Shown piece by piece: positions 11,560-22,070 of a stretch of 64,000 bases of DNA. Under the pieces are notes generated by a model. That model did no database searches, was not told the origin of the DNA, and worked only from the letters and a program-made list of their open reading frames with translations. The DNA lies in the NCBI GenBank assembly GCA_036172245.1, contig JAYWIR010000013.1:2046001-2110000 (forward strand), in the 5' to 3' direction. Origin of the DNA: Raillietiella orientalis. Lineage: Eukaryota. Each line of letters begins with the position of its first letter. Positions within the stretch are counted from its first letter, which is position 1. Both the position numbers and the translations under genes were made by a program.

Positions 11560-12165
11560 CGTTTGCTATTGATCCAAACTATGCAAGGTGCAAGGAGCGG
11601 GAAGCCCTCCCACACCTCTTAGTGGACTGTATTGCTCTCCAGCCCCTCTGGGGACGCTTTGCCGCGATCCCTGGGACCCCCAACGGCAACGCCAGAGATG
11701 TTGAAAGCGCCTCTTCTCGCCGATGCCCTCACTCCGATCGCATCCCCAGCAACACTGCGCTGCCCATGCAGCGGCACCGTGGCTGCATAGAGCAACGCCA
11801 GAGGAGGCCAGAACGACAGGGCTGCCACCCATTTCGCTGTCCTCTTCATAAGAATAGCGTCAAGATGGACCCATCTGGGAGTCTTGAAACAGAAACTCGC
11901 TGGCATCCTTAAAAGGATGCATAGGACACTCTCCAGCACACAGTGATCCCTTCCCGAAACCCTCTATTTTTTTGACTGTATGTTTTTTGTTTTCCTTTTT
12001 GTTTGTCTCCCCTTCCCTTGTGCTGCCGAGGCGAACCCGCTGGCTTCCGTGCCAGTTCCCGGCAGGTTCCTTCTCGTATTTATAAGTAACATGGTAGAAT
12101 CAAACGTCCTGCCATAGACACGTAGGTTTGTTTTATAAATAAATGCTTCCTCGTGACCGGGTGTC
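11560..12165 (+). mobile_element. L1/Tx1-clade LINE 3' fragment, copy 1 (subfamily A)
   Basis: Zinc-knuckle remnant DPNYARCKEREALPHLLVDC..LW; ORF end HFAVLFIRIASRWTHLGVLKQKLAGILKRMHRTL..TGA-tccc; T-rich 3'UTR carrying the shared gctgccga..ggcaggtt motif. Confidence 0.8.
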
Positions 12166-12167
12166 AA

Positions 12168-13636
12168 TGCTGGCAAGTTGTGTTACGATGCTGCCAGGTG
12201 GGACCATCTTGAAGCGGTCTTCAAGGAGATCCGCGCCGAGTGGATGGCGCCCCTGCCATTTCGGCCTCCTCTTCTGGCCTTCCGAACCCCCTGATCCCTC
12301 GGATACAACAGAGAACTGCTAGGATGCGGCTGGTAGCAGAGCGGTACTCACGAAGAGGAATCTGAGAATGTCCCTGGGATCACCTACCGGGATCCCTAGC
12401 ATCGTCGAGAGGCTATCCTAAAGGGGTCGGAGGGCAACACAGTCTACTATTAGGTGTGGGCAGGTCTCCTCGCCGATCTGTCGCATTTCACTCCCACACT
12501 CCCCCGTGGCTAATGGTGGAGGCGACCTTTGCAAGGGATCCCTCAGTGGAACATCGGCAACTCCAACTTCTGCCACTTGAGGGGAGAATGCCACTGTTCC
12601 AACACGCGGGGGGCATCACTTTACCTCCTCTGGAGGATTGGCGAGCAGCTCGTCCCAGAGTGAAAGTCTTTTTGGCGGGACACTCGGGGTCGCAGCGTCT
12701 GCTAGCTGACGAGTTGTCCACGCACCTAGAAGTGTTTTCCTGCCTCGGATGCGGCACGACTCCTCCCACCTTGCAGGAAGGTCGCTGTCCCTTGCGTCCT
12801 TTAGGGAGGGAAGCAATGGGGGCAAGGGGGGTGAAGCAAGCCCACAGCAGCTTGCGTGGGTTGCAGATCTCCTGCAACGGCTGTCAAGAGTGTCTTCCTT
12901 CCCGGAGGCAGGAAACTCACTTCACCTCTCTCAAGTGGATCTTTCCCCGTGTAGGGACCACTCCTGGATCCAGGCAGTGCACTTTGCGGAGGCAGATCCA
13001 GGTGTTCTCTTCCATCAAGGCAACCATTCCATGCAGTTGAAGACCACACTGCCTCAAACTGGTATTGTTGGCTACCAGGACCAAAAACAGTCCATGGTAG
13101 TCGGTTGCTCTTCTGGCGAAAAGCCTTGCTGGTGAGCATCAGACCGGGGTCCATAACTTCGCTGCGGGAATGAGTCTTCTGAATTGGAGCTGACACCCTA
13201 TCTGCTCCAGCTTAAGCAGGCCCGTCCACCATCCTTACGCGAAGAACACAACTCTTTGAGTCTGGCTCTGGACCTCCCTATGCCCCACAGGGCTTTTCTC
13301 AGAAGGTCCTCGGTCTTCCTCTTGATGTCAGGTGGGGAAGGACAAACAAAAAGTAGGGAACGGAGAAAAGGAGCCGCGAACGAGTTCCACACAGCAGTTC
13401 GTCCCTGCAGGCAAAACTTATCCTCCAGGAACGGGCCAAGCTCCATCTCCACTTTTTGGAGACGACCGGTCCAGGTTGCTTCTGCTACGCAGAAGTCCCC
13501 CAACGGAACACCAACGTACTTCAAGCACCCGCCAGTGGGGGGGGGCCCCAAGAGGATCCAGTCCGATCGTTCAGCTCACGCCGCGCCTACCGGCACCAGT
13601 GATGACTTCGCTCTGTTCACCTCAAGTCCTGTCTTC
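12168..13636 (-). mobile_element. L1/Tx1-clade LINE fragment, copy 2 (subfamily B): RT domains 6-7 through the zinc knuckle
   Basis: TGLEVNRAKS; LKYVGVPLG..WTGRLQKVEMEL..FCLQGRTAVWNSFAAP..LLRKALWGIGRSRARLKELCSSRKDGG (classic L1/Tx1 post-RT signature); VKCDR..EETCPHLIVDC. Contains stops and frameshifts. Confidence 0.88.
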
Positions 13637-14150
13637 CTTCTGGGAACACTTTCCCGAGGTCCTAGGAACCCTCAGCAGCAACTCCAGGGACGCTTCGTGA
13701 CCCCTCCTCGTACACGCCGCCCTTCGGTCGGCAGCCTCGCTAGCAACCCTCTGCTGCCTACGCTGCCTGGAGCGACGCAAGAGCAGGACGGAGCGACAGG
13801 GATGCCACATCCACTTTGCCGTCCGATTCATGAGGATGGCAACGAGATGTCCCCACCTGGAAAGCATCATCCAGCAACACCTTGCCTGTATCCTGCAGAG
13901 GATGCAGAGGACCGTCCCTCGCAGGATGTGATCCCTTGCCGCCCCTCCCCACCTCCATATTTGTTTACTTATTTTTATTTTTTTTTCCCTTTCTTTTTAT
14001 TTGACCCTATTTCCCTCCGCTGCCGACGCGGACCTCACCGATCTGCGAACCGGTAACTCGGGGGCAGGTTGGATCTGAAAACGACAGGGCTGGACCACCG
14101 CCGATCCAGCCACAGAAATCCTAAATGTTCATTTAATTTATAAATGAACG
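13636..14150 (+). mobile_element. L1/Tx1-clade LINE 3' fragment, copy 3 (subfamily A)
   Basis: ORF end GCHIHFAVRFMRMATRCPHLESIIQQHLACILQRMQRTV..TGA-tccc is homologous to copies 1 and 4; same 3'UTR motif at 14019-14070. Confidence 0.8.
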
Positions 14151-14159
14151 TCTAGGTGA

Positions 14160-14470
14160 GAATGAAGTCCTGTCCCGTGGCTAAGCAACTGGAATTCCTT
14201 GAGTGCTGATGCCGGGGTGGACATGAGGAGCAGCAGCAGAAGATCGTTGAGGTGATGTCGGGATGACGATGGTGCTTCGGGTACGGCACTTGTGGAAGCC
14301 GAATGCCCCTTCTGACTGGCCAGGACTGGAGATGATGGGGTCCTTCAAGAAAACAAGGTGCACTTGCTCCCGTCGAGACTTCTTCCGGTCATGCAAATGG
14401 AGCCGCTCTCTCCTCGGAAGGACCCCATCGCGTATAATGCATGGAGCTTGTTAATACTCACCTCAGGGGG
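14160..14470 (-). mobile_element. Possible decayed APE-endonuclease N-terminus of a LINE ORF2
   Basis: Minus strand VSINK..RREQVHLVFLK resembles S.N...D.VFLQET, and it lies inside the LINE cluster. Weak. Confidence 0.3.
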
Positions 14471-14974
14471 TGGCTTCCCCAGAGTGTCAGAAGCGCGCTG
14501 CTTCCTTCGGGGAGCGCCCTTGAGAGAAATCGGGAAGCAGAAGAGGAGGAAAGAAGGGATGGTTCCCTTCCGCGTTCCCTCCAGAGAAAAAAACGAGGAG
14601 AGACCCCAACAAGCCGGGGTTCCTCCGAAGAGAATAAGGAAGAGATTCTTCCATTCGGGGTTCCCTTCGTAGACAACCAGGGAGAGGATCCCCTTAGGGG
14701 TTTCCTCCCCAGACGCAAGGGAGAAACGAATACTACGGAGCCCTTCCTAGATTCACAGAGTGGTCCCCTTCCGGGGTACCTCCAAGCTTGAACGGTGACA
14801 CGCATCCTCTGGTGGAGTGGAACGGTGTCAAAGAGCTTCGTGAGTCCTTCGTAAGGAAGCGAACAACTCTTCAGCACTCCTTGGGAACCAGGGGAAAAAA
14901 AGGAAAATGCGTGAAAGGAAGAAAAGTGGAAGGGAAACAGCAGGAAGATAAGAACCTGTACGGATCTCCATCAC

Positions 14975-16365
14975 CCTAGGTCCTCTGGGGCACGGGGAGG
15001 TCCAGAGTCAGACTTAAAGACTTGTGTGCTCCGGGTAAGGATGGCGAACTGGACCTCCTTACGCTGGAGAGGATGGAGCGTCGAACCCAGTTCAGAAGAC
15101 TCGGCCCCGCGGCGAGTTATGGACCACGCCCTAGTGCGCGCCGGTACGGCTCCTCGCGAAGAGCGCGACCGGCTGCGAGGGACTCCAGTCCCCCCTCGTC
15201 GCTCGCGAGAGATTGCTGAGGCGGTAAGGATACCAACTCCACCAGGTGCTTGCCCTGGTGGAGGAGAATACCTGGATCTCCTGCCACCCCGCGAACTGCA
15301 CTATCTGGCTTCAGGAGTTCGTCTGGGGAAAGATCCATGGCGCGAGCGAGACTGGGCACGCCTGCCTGCAGCGAGGCGTCAACACTAGCAAGTCGTTGAA
15401 GGAGATCGTCTGCAGCTCGAAGAAGATGTGATGGGCCTCATCTACCCCCTTGCCCCAGTGCTGCCCTCCCTAAGGAACGCAAGGGACAATGTAATTCCGG
15501 CAAAGTGGGAAGTGACTTGCTGCATAGCAGCAAAGAAGAAACTATTAGGGTCGTGGACAACTCGACGCTGCGATGCCAAGTATTCCATCCAAGGACTTCT
15601 ACGCTGAGGAGAGCTGCTAGACATCCTTCCGGAGGAGTTGAAGTGGCTCCCAGCATGCTGTAAGTGCAATCTCTCCTTCAAGCGGCAGACGGCGTTGCTG
15701 TTGGTACATGGGGGGAATCCCGTGCGAAGAGCGCCTTAACCACTGGACATGGAAGAGTGTGGACGCTCAGCACGACAGGTGCGGGAAGAAGAAACCCTCA
15801 CGCACCTGCTGTTAGACTGTGCCCGTGCTGTTCTCCGACCCCTTTGAGATCTCCTCGCGACGATGCTAGGAACCCCGGCGGGTGGCTCCAGGGACATTTT
15901 CAAACGCCTCTTCGCGCGTACCGCTCTGCCGCTAGCCGCGTCCTTAGCAGTTCTGTGCTGCGTCCGCGGAATCGTGGCAGCCTGGAATGCCAGGAGAAGA
16001 GGCCGAAATGGCCGGGACTGCATCCACTGGAAGAGGATATTCCTGAGGACCGCCTCGAGATGACTCCACCTGGGGGTTATCCAGACGGAACTTGACAGCA
16101 TCCTGAACAGACTACCGGAGAGGATTGGTAGCATATCGTGATCCCTCCTTCGATTCACCCCCCCCCCCCGTTTATAAATTCCCCTCCCCTGTTTTGTTTG
16201 TTTATTTGTTTGTGTTTTGTATTCCCTTCCCCCACGCTGCCGAAGCGGACCTCGCCGGTCAGCGTACGGCCCTCGGCAGGTTCACTGCGCATGGAAGAAC
16301 CAACCGTTCTACCAGAAAAATGTATTTCTATTACCAACGTAATAAATGCCCCGGCATAACCGGAT
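14975..16365 (+). mobile_element. L1/Tx1-clade LINE 3' fragment, copy 4 (subfamily B)
   Basis: VLWGTGRSRVRLKDLCAPGKDG; DRCG..EETLTHLLLDC; AAWNARR..IFLRTASR*LHLGVIQTELDSILNRL..TGA-tccc; 3'UTR motif at 16236-16282. Confidence 0.85.
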
Positions 16366-18324
16366 CACCCTAGACCAACAGCAACCCATAAGGTCGCTAC
16401 TGGCCTTTATTTTTAAATAAGAAAAGAAAAAAGAGAGAGACAGAAACGGAAAACGGGTCGGTCAAAGAGCGCCCGCTGCTGCAACCGACACCTAACCACA
16501 AACTTTCGGGGATGCGGCAGTTACGAGTCCTGGAAGGGAGAGCCCCTCCCTGAGACGCAAGAAGTCGACTTATCCACTTGGCCGTTGCGAAGCACCGACG
16601 ACAGAAGGGAAGTAGATTCGGCTCCGCTTGCCTGGAGTTGCTTCTCGGGAACGCACCGGAGGGAGCGAAGGTTGAGAGCAAAACTCGACAAAAGGAACGC
16701 AAAGATCCTGCAAGTGTTCACAAAGGTGATCAGCACCGGAAGGAATCGCGTTGTTTCAACAGCACGAGGTTTATCCCTCGCGCAGCTCGTGGGGCTCGCC
16801 GGAGGAGTCACGTGTGGTTACACACGTGACCTCTCCGAGGTCGCTGCGGCGCGTTCGTTGAACCGGTAGTGCGAGGCCTACCCGCAGAGACTGGTGGATC
16901 TGCGACGAGCTCACGAAGACGCAATAGCGCTCGAGCCGAGACGTCCCTTTCGGACTGTCTCCTCCTCCGAAAATCGAAAAGGACACTTCCTCTCACCTGC
17001 CGATGGTCAGGCGCCTCTCCAAAAGTGTTCCTTCCCTTCCCCAGTCTGCGTGCTCTCTCCTAAGGGAAGGCTTTCCTCCGTGGGATCGTACGGATATCTC
17101 CCAGGACAGGAAGAGCAGTGGATGGATGACCTTTGATGCAAGATAAATATTTAGAAGCCATCGATCGTTTATTGTTTGCCAGCCCAAGGTACCCAATAAT
17201 GCCGGAAACATGCGCGTTTTTTTTTGGGGGGGGAAGGGGGGGAGTTGCGTTTGAAAGACCTTGGCGACCACGAAGCAGTGCCCCCCGCTCATTAGCAACC
17301 TGCGTTTCTGCCACGAAACCCAGATTAATGTTTCGGAAGCAGACGCCTCCCGATGACTGAATTCACGCTGTTTTCCATTGGTCCCGCTCGGAGGACGGTT
17401 CCTCCAGCGGAGCCGAATTTACCAATCGCTCCACTCTTCGTCGGAGGTGCGGAAAAAGAAAATGCAAGAAGAAAGGCAGGGACGAATTCGAACGGCATGG
17501 ATGGAATCTTTTCGGAATGGGAATCAGAGGAGCGGATGCTGATCGATTAAAGAACCGCTTCCAGCTTTTCGGCTTATATGGTATGAACCACTCGAACGGA
17601 ACCGGACTTATGAGAGCATCGCATGTTGCTGCTATTCTTGAAGCGTGCTAGGCGTTTCTCCTAAAGAAATCCGACAGCTTCTTGGCTCACCGCGCGTTTC
17701 ATCCCTGTCCACAGTCCGGAAACGCCTGGTTCGACGTTGTACGACTTTGAAGAATCGTATCGTTGCGAAGTGTTGCCGGATTTCTTCGGATGGCCGAGTG
17801 AACAGTAACCACGGTTAAATCTCTCGATCGGGACACTTCTTTAGAGCACCGGTTTGAATTTCCTCGTGGGAAGATTTCCTGATCGTTGCCTTTGAGGCGT
17901 ACGATGTGTACAAAAGGAAATCATCCAGCGAATCTCTTGAGGGAGGTGCGATGCCGAAGCCACATGGTTCGTAACGCTGCTCAAGACCTTAGCCTTGAGA
18001 AGCGGAACGCTTCCTTTTTCGAGGTCCGTTGAGAAGAGGCAGGTTGCTTGCGAGTACGCGAGATGTGCGCGGTTCAGGTTTCCTCTTCGGTGCCATTGAA
18101 ATGGTTGTGCTGTTCCACCATCCACACCCAGGAACCCCAAGAAATAACAGCAAATGTGCTGGACAAAGGCCCACTCAGTAGATTACATAGAGAGCATTCG
18201 CGTGGACCAGCACCTTGCATCACAAATGTTGCATTTGCGGCAACCGTTTTGGAGGCGCGCTTCAAGAAAACGCGGACACGCGGCTCGTTAGCAGTGCTCT
18301 CTGTTGACCTGTCGACTGCCACCC

Positions 18325-19160
18325 AGGCTGCTCCGGGGCGTTTGTTTCATATATAAAATAAAATAAACATTTACAATCTGTGTGTTTGGACTGGTAGTTC
18401 AACCCCTTCCTTTTCAGATCCGACCTGCCCCCGAGTTACCGGTTCGCAGATCGGTGAGGTCCGCGTCGGCAGCGGAGGGAAATAGGGTCAAATAAAAAGA
18501 AAGGGAAAAAAAAATAAAAATAAGTAAACAAATATGGAGGTGGGGAGGGGCGGCAAGGGATCACATCCTGCGAGGGACGGTCCTCTGCATCCTCTGCAGG
18601 ATACAGGCAAGGTGTTGCTGGATGATGCTTTCCAGGTGGGGACATCTCGTTGCCATCCTCATGAATCGGACGGCAAAGTGGATGTGGCATCCCTGTCGCT
18701 CCGTCCTGCTCTTGCGTCGCTCCAGGCAGCGTAGGCAGCAGAGGGTTGCTAGCGAGGCTGCCGACCGAAGGGCGGCGCGTACGAGGAGGGGTCGCGAAGC
18801 GTCCCTGGAGTTGCTGATCGACGGTTCCTAGCGTTTCCAGAGGGCTCAGAGGGCAGCACAATCCACAAGCAGGTAGCGGAGGGATTCACGTTCCCTCCAC
18901 CTGACACAGTTCGGGTCCACACACCCCCATGTTCGGTGGTGCCGGCGGGCGTTGTACGGGAGGACCCAATGCAGCAGCTCAGACTGTTGACCCGTCGAGG
19001 AGCTTCTCCTTGCCTTACTCGGTTTCCCCCCTGAGAGCAGCTTTGCCTTGTTCGGTCTGGGCTAAATTTGGACCGCCGACTTCGTCTGCATCTTGGCATC
19101 ACGTGCAACACTTTCCCTAAGAGATCCCTGCTCCGACGCTACTCACCATCCTCAGCGAGG
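18325..19160 (-). mobile_element. L1/Tx1-clade LINE 3' fragment, copy 5 (subfamily A)
   Basis: Minus strand CVDPNCVRWRERESLRYLLVDCAAL*ALWKR matches the copy 1 knuckle; 18411-18816 is the near-exact reverse complement of 13676-14081. Confidence 0.85.
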
Positions 19161-20399
19161 AGAACGTCTCTGTTTTTATGCACGTGGTGTTTACAAACTT
19201 TTTAAAAACAGAAAGCTTCAGGATCGTGAGGCAGCACGGTTTTTCACAATATCCTGAGATCGAGATGAAAGTTTACGTGAATCCGCTGCTTGGAACATCT
19301 GTCCCGCCCATCGAGATGCCTTCCTTTCCTCTGTCCGTTTGCAGCCATTTTTCAAACTGTTTAAGTTCAACATACCTGTGGTATTTGAGCCTAAACGAAC
19401 AAGTACCAAATTTGTGTGTGTCTTTCTCATAATTTAAAAACACGCGTATCAGCTTGACGAAATTCCGAATTGAGACACTCACTACTGTATGAACTTGTAC
19501 TCAAATAATCAAATCAGTGTTCCCAGACTGCAGCCCCAGCAGTAGGAAAAGAATTTCTGAGTATGAAATCACCTCTGAAAGTGTTGAAACCGGAATTCCT
19601 TTCAATACAGGAACTGCGTTAGTCATTCGGAATTGCATATTTTGTGTTTTTGGCTCAACACTGCCGACGAGTTTCCGTGATCGGACGGCTGGGCTCACAA
19701 ACATGGAGCCCGACCGTTCTCATCTCATGAACACCATCTAATAACGAACGTTCCTCAGGACTTTGCTGCACTCATCGTGACTCAGTGAGTCACGGTGAAG
19801 TGAATCGGAGGTGGGTACGTAGAGATGAAGCAAACTACAAGAACAAAAACCTTGTAGCAACGATAAACCTGTTCATCATGACGCCTTAGTTCTATTCATT
19901 TCCTGGAGATCCAACCTACCCTCCCTTATGCTCAAAGAAGATCATTCTGTGAATGATGAAATCCAATACGGATACGCAATTCACACGCATAAAGACTGCT
20001 ACGTGTTAAACTACACACACACACACTTGACTTGAATTCATGCAGATTGAATCTGTAAACGTTCATGAAAAACAGCGCAGACTTCTTGTCTCAGAATAAA
20101 CGCTCATTGGATGGAATCTCACAGATTCTGAAGAACGTCTTGTGTTCTTGGTTTAAATCATTCCGAGGCAACTGTGTCTGTGCTTTCCGTTACATCGCCT
20201 TTTTGGTGTTAATTCTTGGCATAAAAAAATCGCAATAAGAGTTGTTACCTATTTACAAATGCTATTAGGGAGGCCATCTGAGAAGTGCTAAAAGTGTTCA
20301 CATACACACACACACACATATATTCCTATGAAATGTGGGGATTAGTTTACGTTCTTTTCTTCGATGTGATCTTTTGTCCAATGCACTGAGTGTTCGAAA

Positions 20400-21050
20400 T
20401 TGCTCCTGAAAAAGAGACGCTCATCGCAAACTGAGAGTTTATTCGTGATTCTTCAATGGTAAAGCGGGAGGTAGTAACCGTATTCATGAACAGAGTCTAA
20501 ATGAAGGTGCACTGTCGGCTGAAACACAACTGGACCTTGGACGAAACTCACAAAACCGTCAGAAGCAACAGGAAGCGAGGTAGCTGACTTCGGGATTTGA
20601 AAGGGGTGATTCTGGCTGCCATTTTGAAAAAGGAAAATGATAAGCAATTCTGAGATGCACGCCATCACCCTTCAGCGACTCCATGGACCGATGAAAACAG
20701 TTCGGCAAGAAATTTTCGAGCAGTGGTCTATTCGCTTATAGAGAAATCTCTCCACTTGACCTCCAGAGCATCATGCAATGCTCCTTCGAGGACAACAGGA
20801 ACCTTCACAAAGCCGTGTCGGGCTGTACTCCATGCAGTGTTCAAGAGTCCCTCGGTCAGATTTCCAGCTGTTTCGTTCGGTAAAGAGTGTCATTCATATA
20901 CGAAAATTGAGGATGGCCACGTGGTTGTTGAGGAAGTGAAGATGCGGAAGTCATGGATTGCAAACATCCTTTACCGATAAGAAGTTGCTTTACCTCGTTC
21001 GCGGTGGTGGGATGCCGTGGAAAAGAAATGGAGACCAAGTGAAGAATCGA
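20400..21050 (+). mobile_element. Decayed mariner (Tc1/mariner) transposase
   Basis: Ordered remnants DLKGVILA (cf. WD.KGVI), SNSEMHAITLQRL, NAPS (cf. HDNA.PH), SDFQLFRSVK (cf. PSDFHLFRSL), RWWDAVE..NGDQV (cf. RW.KCVE.NGDYV). Confidence 0.65.
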
Positions 21051-21879
21051 GGAGAGTTTGAATCGAGTGAGGTTTGAATGTAGTTTCAGCCTTGGACCGA
21101 ATTCCCACTTTTTGCGAGGACGAATTAGGAAAAAGCATAAGGGGAAACTTGTTGAGTGCGGTCTCCGAGCCAGACAGTTGTCTAGTTCTTGCGTGGAGCC
21201 TCACCGAGTCATCTCCTTCAGGGTGACTGCTTGGCAAGCATTGCAGATTTCTTGTAAATTCTGAATGCCGCTTGGCACAACAAAACGACTGCCCCGTCAT
21301 CAGCGGACGCGGCGGTCTCCGCTTGAAAATTCCACATTTCAATGTAATGATGTTCACTTTGTTTAATACATTTCGTTTTCCCAAAATTCCTCAGGGAGGA
21401 AGGAATATCAGAAAATTTCGCCTTAATGAAATACCTGGATTTGACAGATCTTTTTTACAGATACCATCGACGGATTGTTCTTGTTAGCTCGCAGAGCATC
21501 CCTTAAATTTTCTCAGCTTCATAACCTGCTTGCAAATTAAAATACGCCTACGATGCCCTTTATCATGTGACTACAAAAATCACTAGACTGCACCATAATT
21601 AACTGGTTACCATTCTTTTTCGTTGCTTGTTGTTGCCCGCCATCCTTATTTAAACGAGCCTTAGTAGAAAAAAAAAAAAAGAAAACTTTGCACTGTGACA
21701 TTATTCTGTGAGTTCTGGTAAGACTGTGCTGAATCTCCGAACGTGGTGAATAATGTTGAAGTTGCTATGGGTACGAACCTTATGCCGAACGCTTACATAG
21801 TATCCGGTTCCTGTTTGTGCATGCCTGCATGCTCGTTCATCTCTTTCGAAAACAGGTTTGAAAATTCTCAATCCATGCT

Positions 21880-22070
21880 AATTGGACCCGGGGATCGACC
21901 GTGTTCCAGCTGTGACCACTTCAGAGATCCGCTTGGCTCACATTAGAATGTCAAGTTCTTGCAGTCTGCCATTGACTGTTTTTCGTTCGGTCTGCCTCTT
22001 CTTCTTGAAGGCAAGGATCTCCATTTGCATTTTCATCATCTATCAAGTGGAGTATCATGATAAACCCACT
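21880..22070 (-). mobile_element. RTE-clade LINE C-terminal relic
   Basis: Minus strand MQMEIL..RRRGRP resembles the RTE C-terminal ME..G.RRRGRP..RW motif. Confidence 0.35.

Noticed and set aside
13184..14056. 290-aa ORF, sharing its C-terminus with the 141-aa ORF at 18436-18861, as a duplicated gene
   Set aside because: It is an off-frame or antisense reading across two LINE copies; the shared peptide simply reflects the inverted repeat.
14019..14070. 3'UTR motif as an HDV-like or hammerhead ribozyme
   Set aside because: No P4 or J4/2 catalytic C and no CUGANGA/GAAA core is visible; it is kept only as an unclassified structure.
12168..14150. Copies 2 and 3 as one twin-primed (5'-inverted) insertion
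   Set aside because: They overlap in element coordinates and belong to different subfamilies.
17550..18322. MQGA..CSLCNLL/FLGF as a TERT- or group II-like RT
   Set aside because: No YxDD motif, and the spacing is unconvincing.
13676..18816. Inverted pair as terminal inverted repeats of a DNA transposon
   Set aside because: The arms are LINE 3' ends with homology extending past the identical tract; no transposase or TSD was found.
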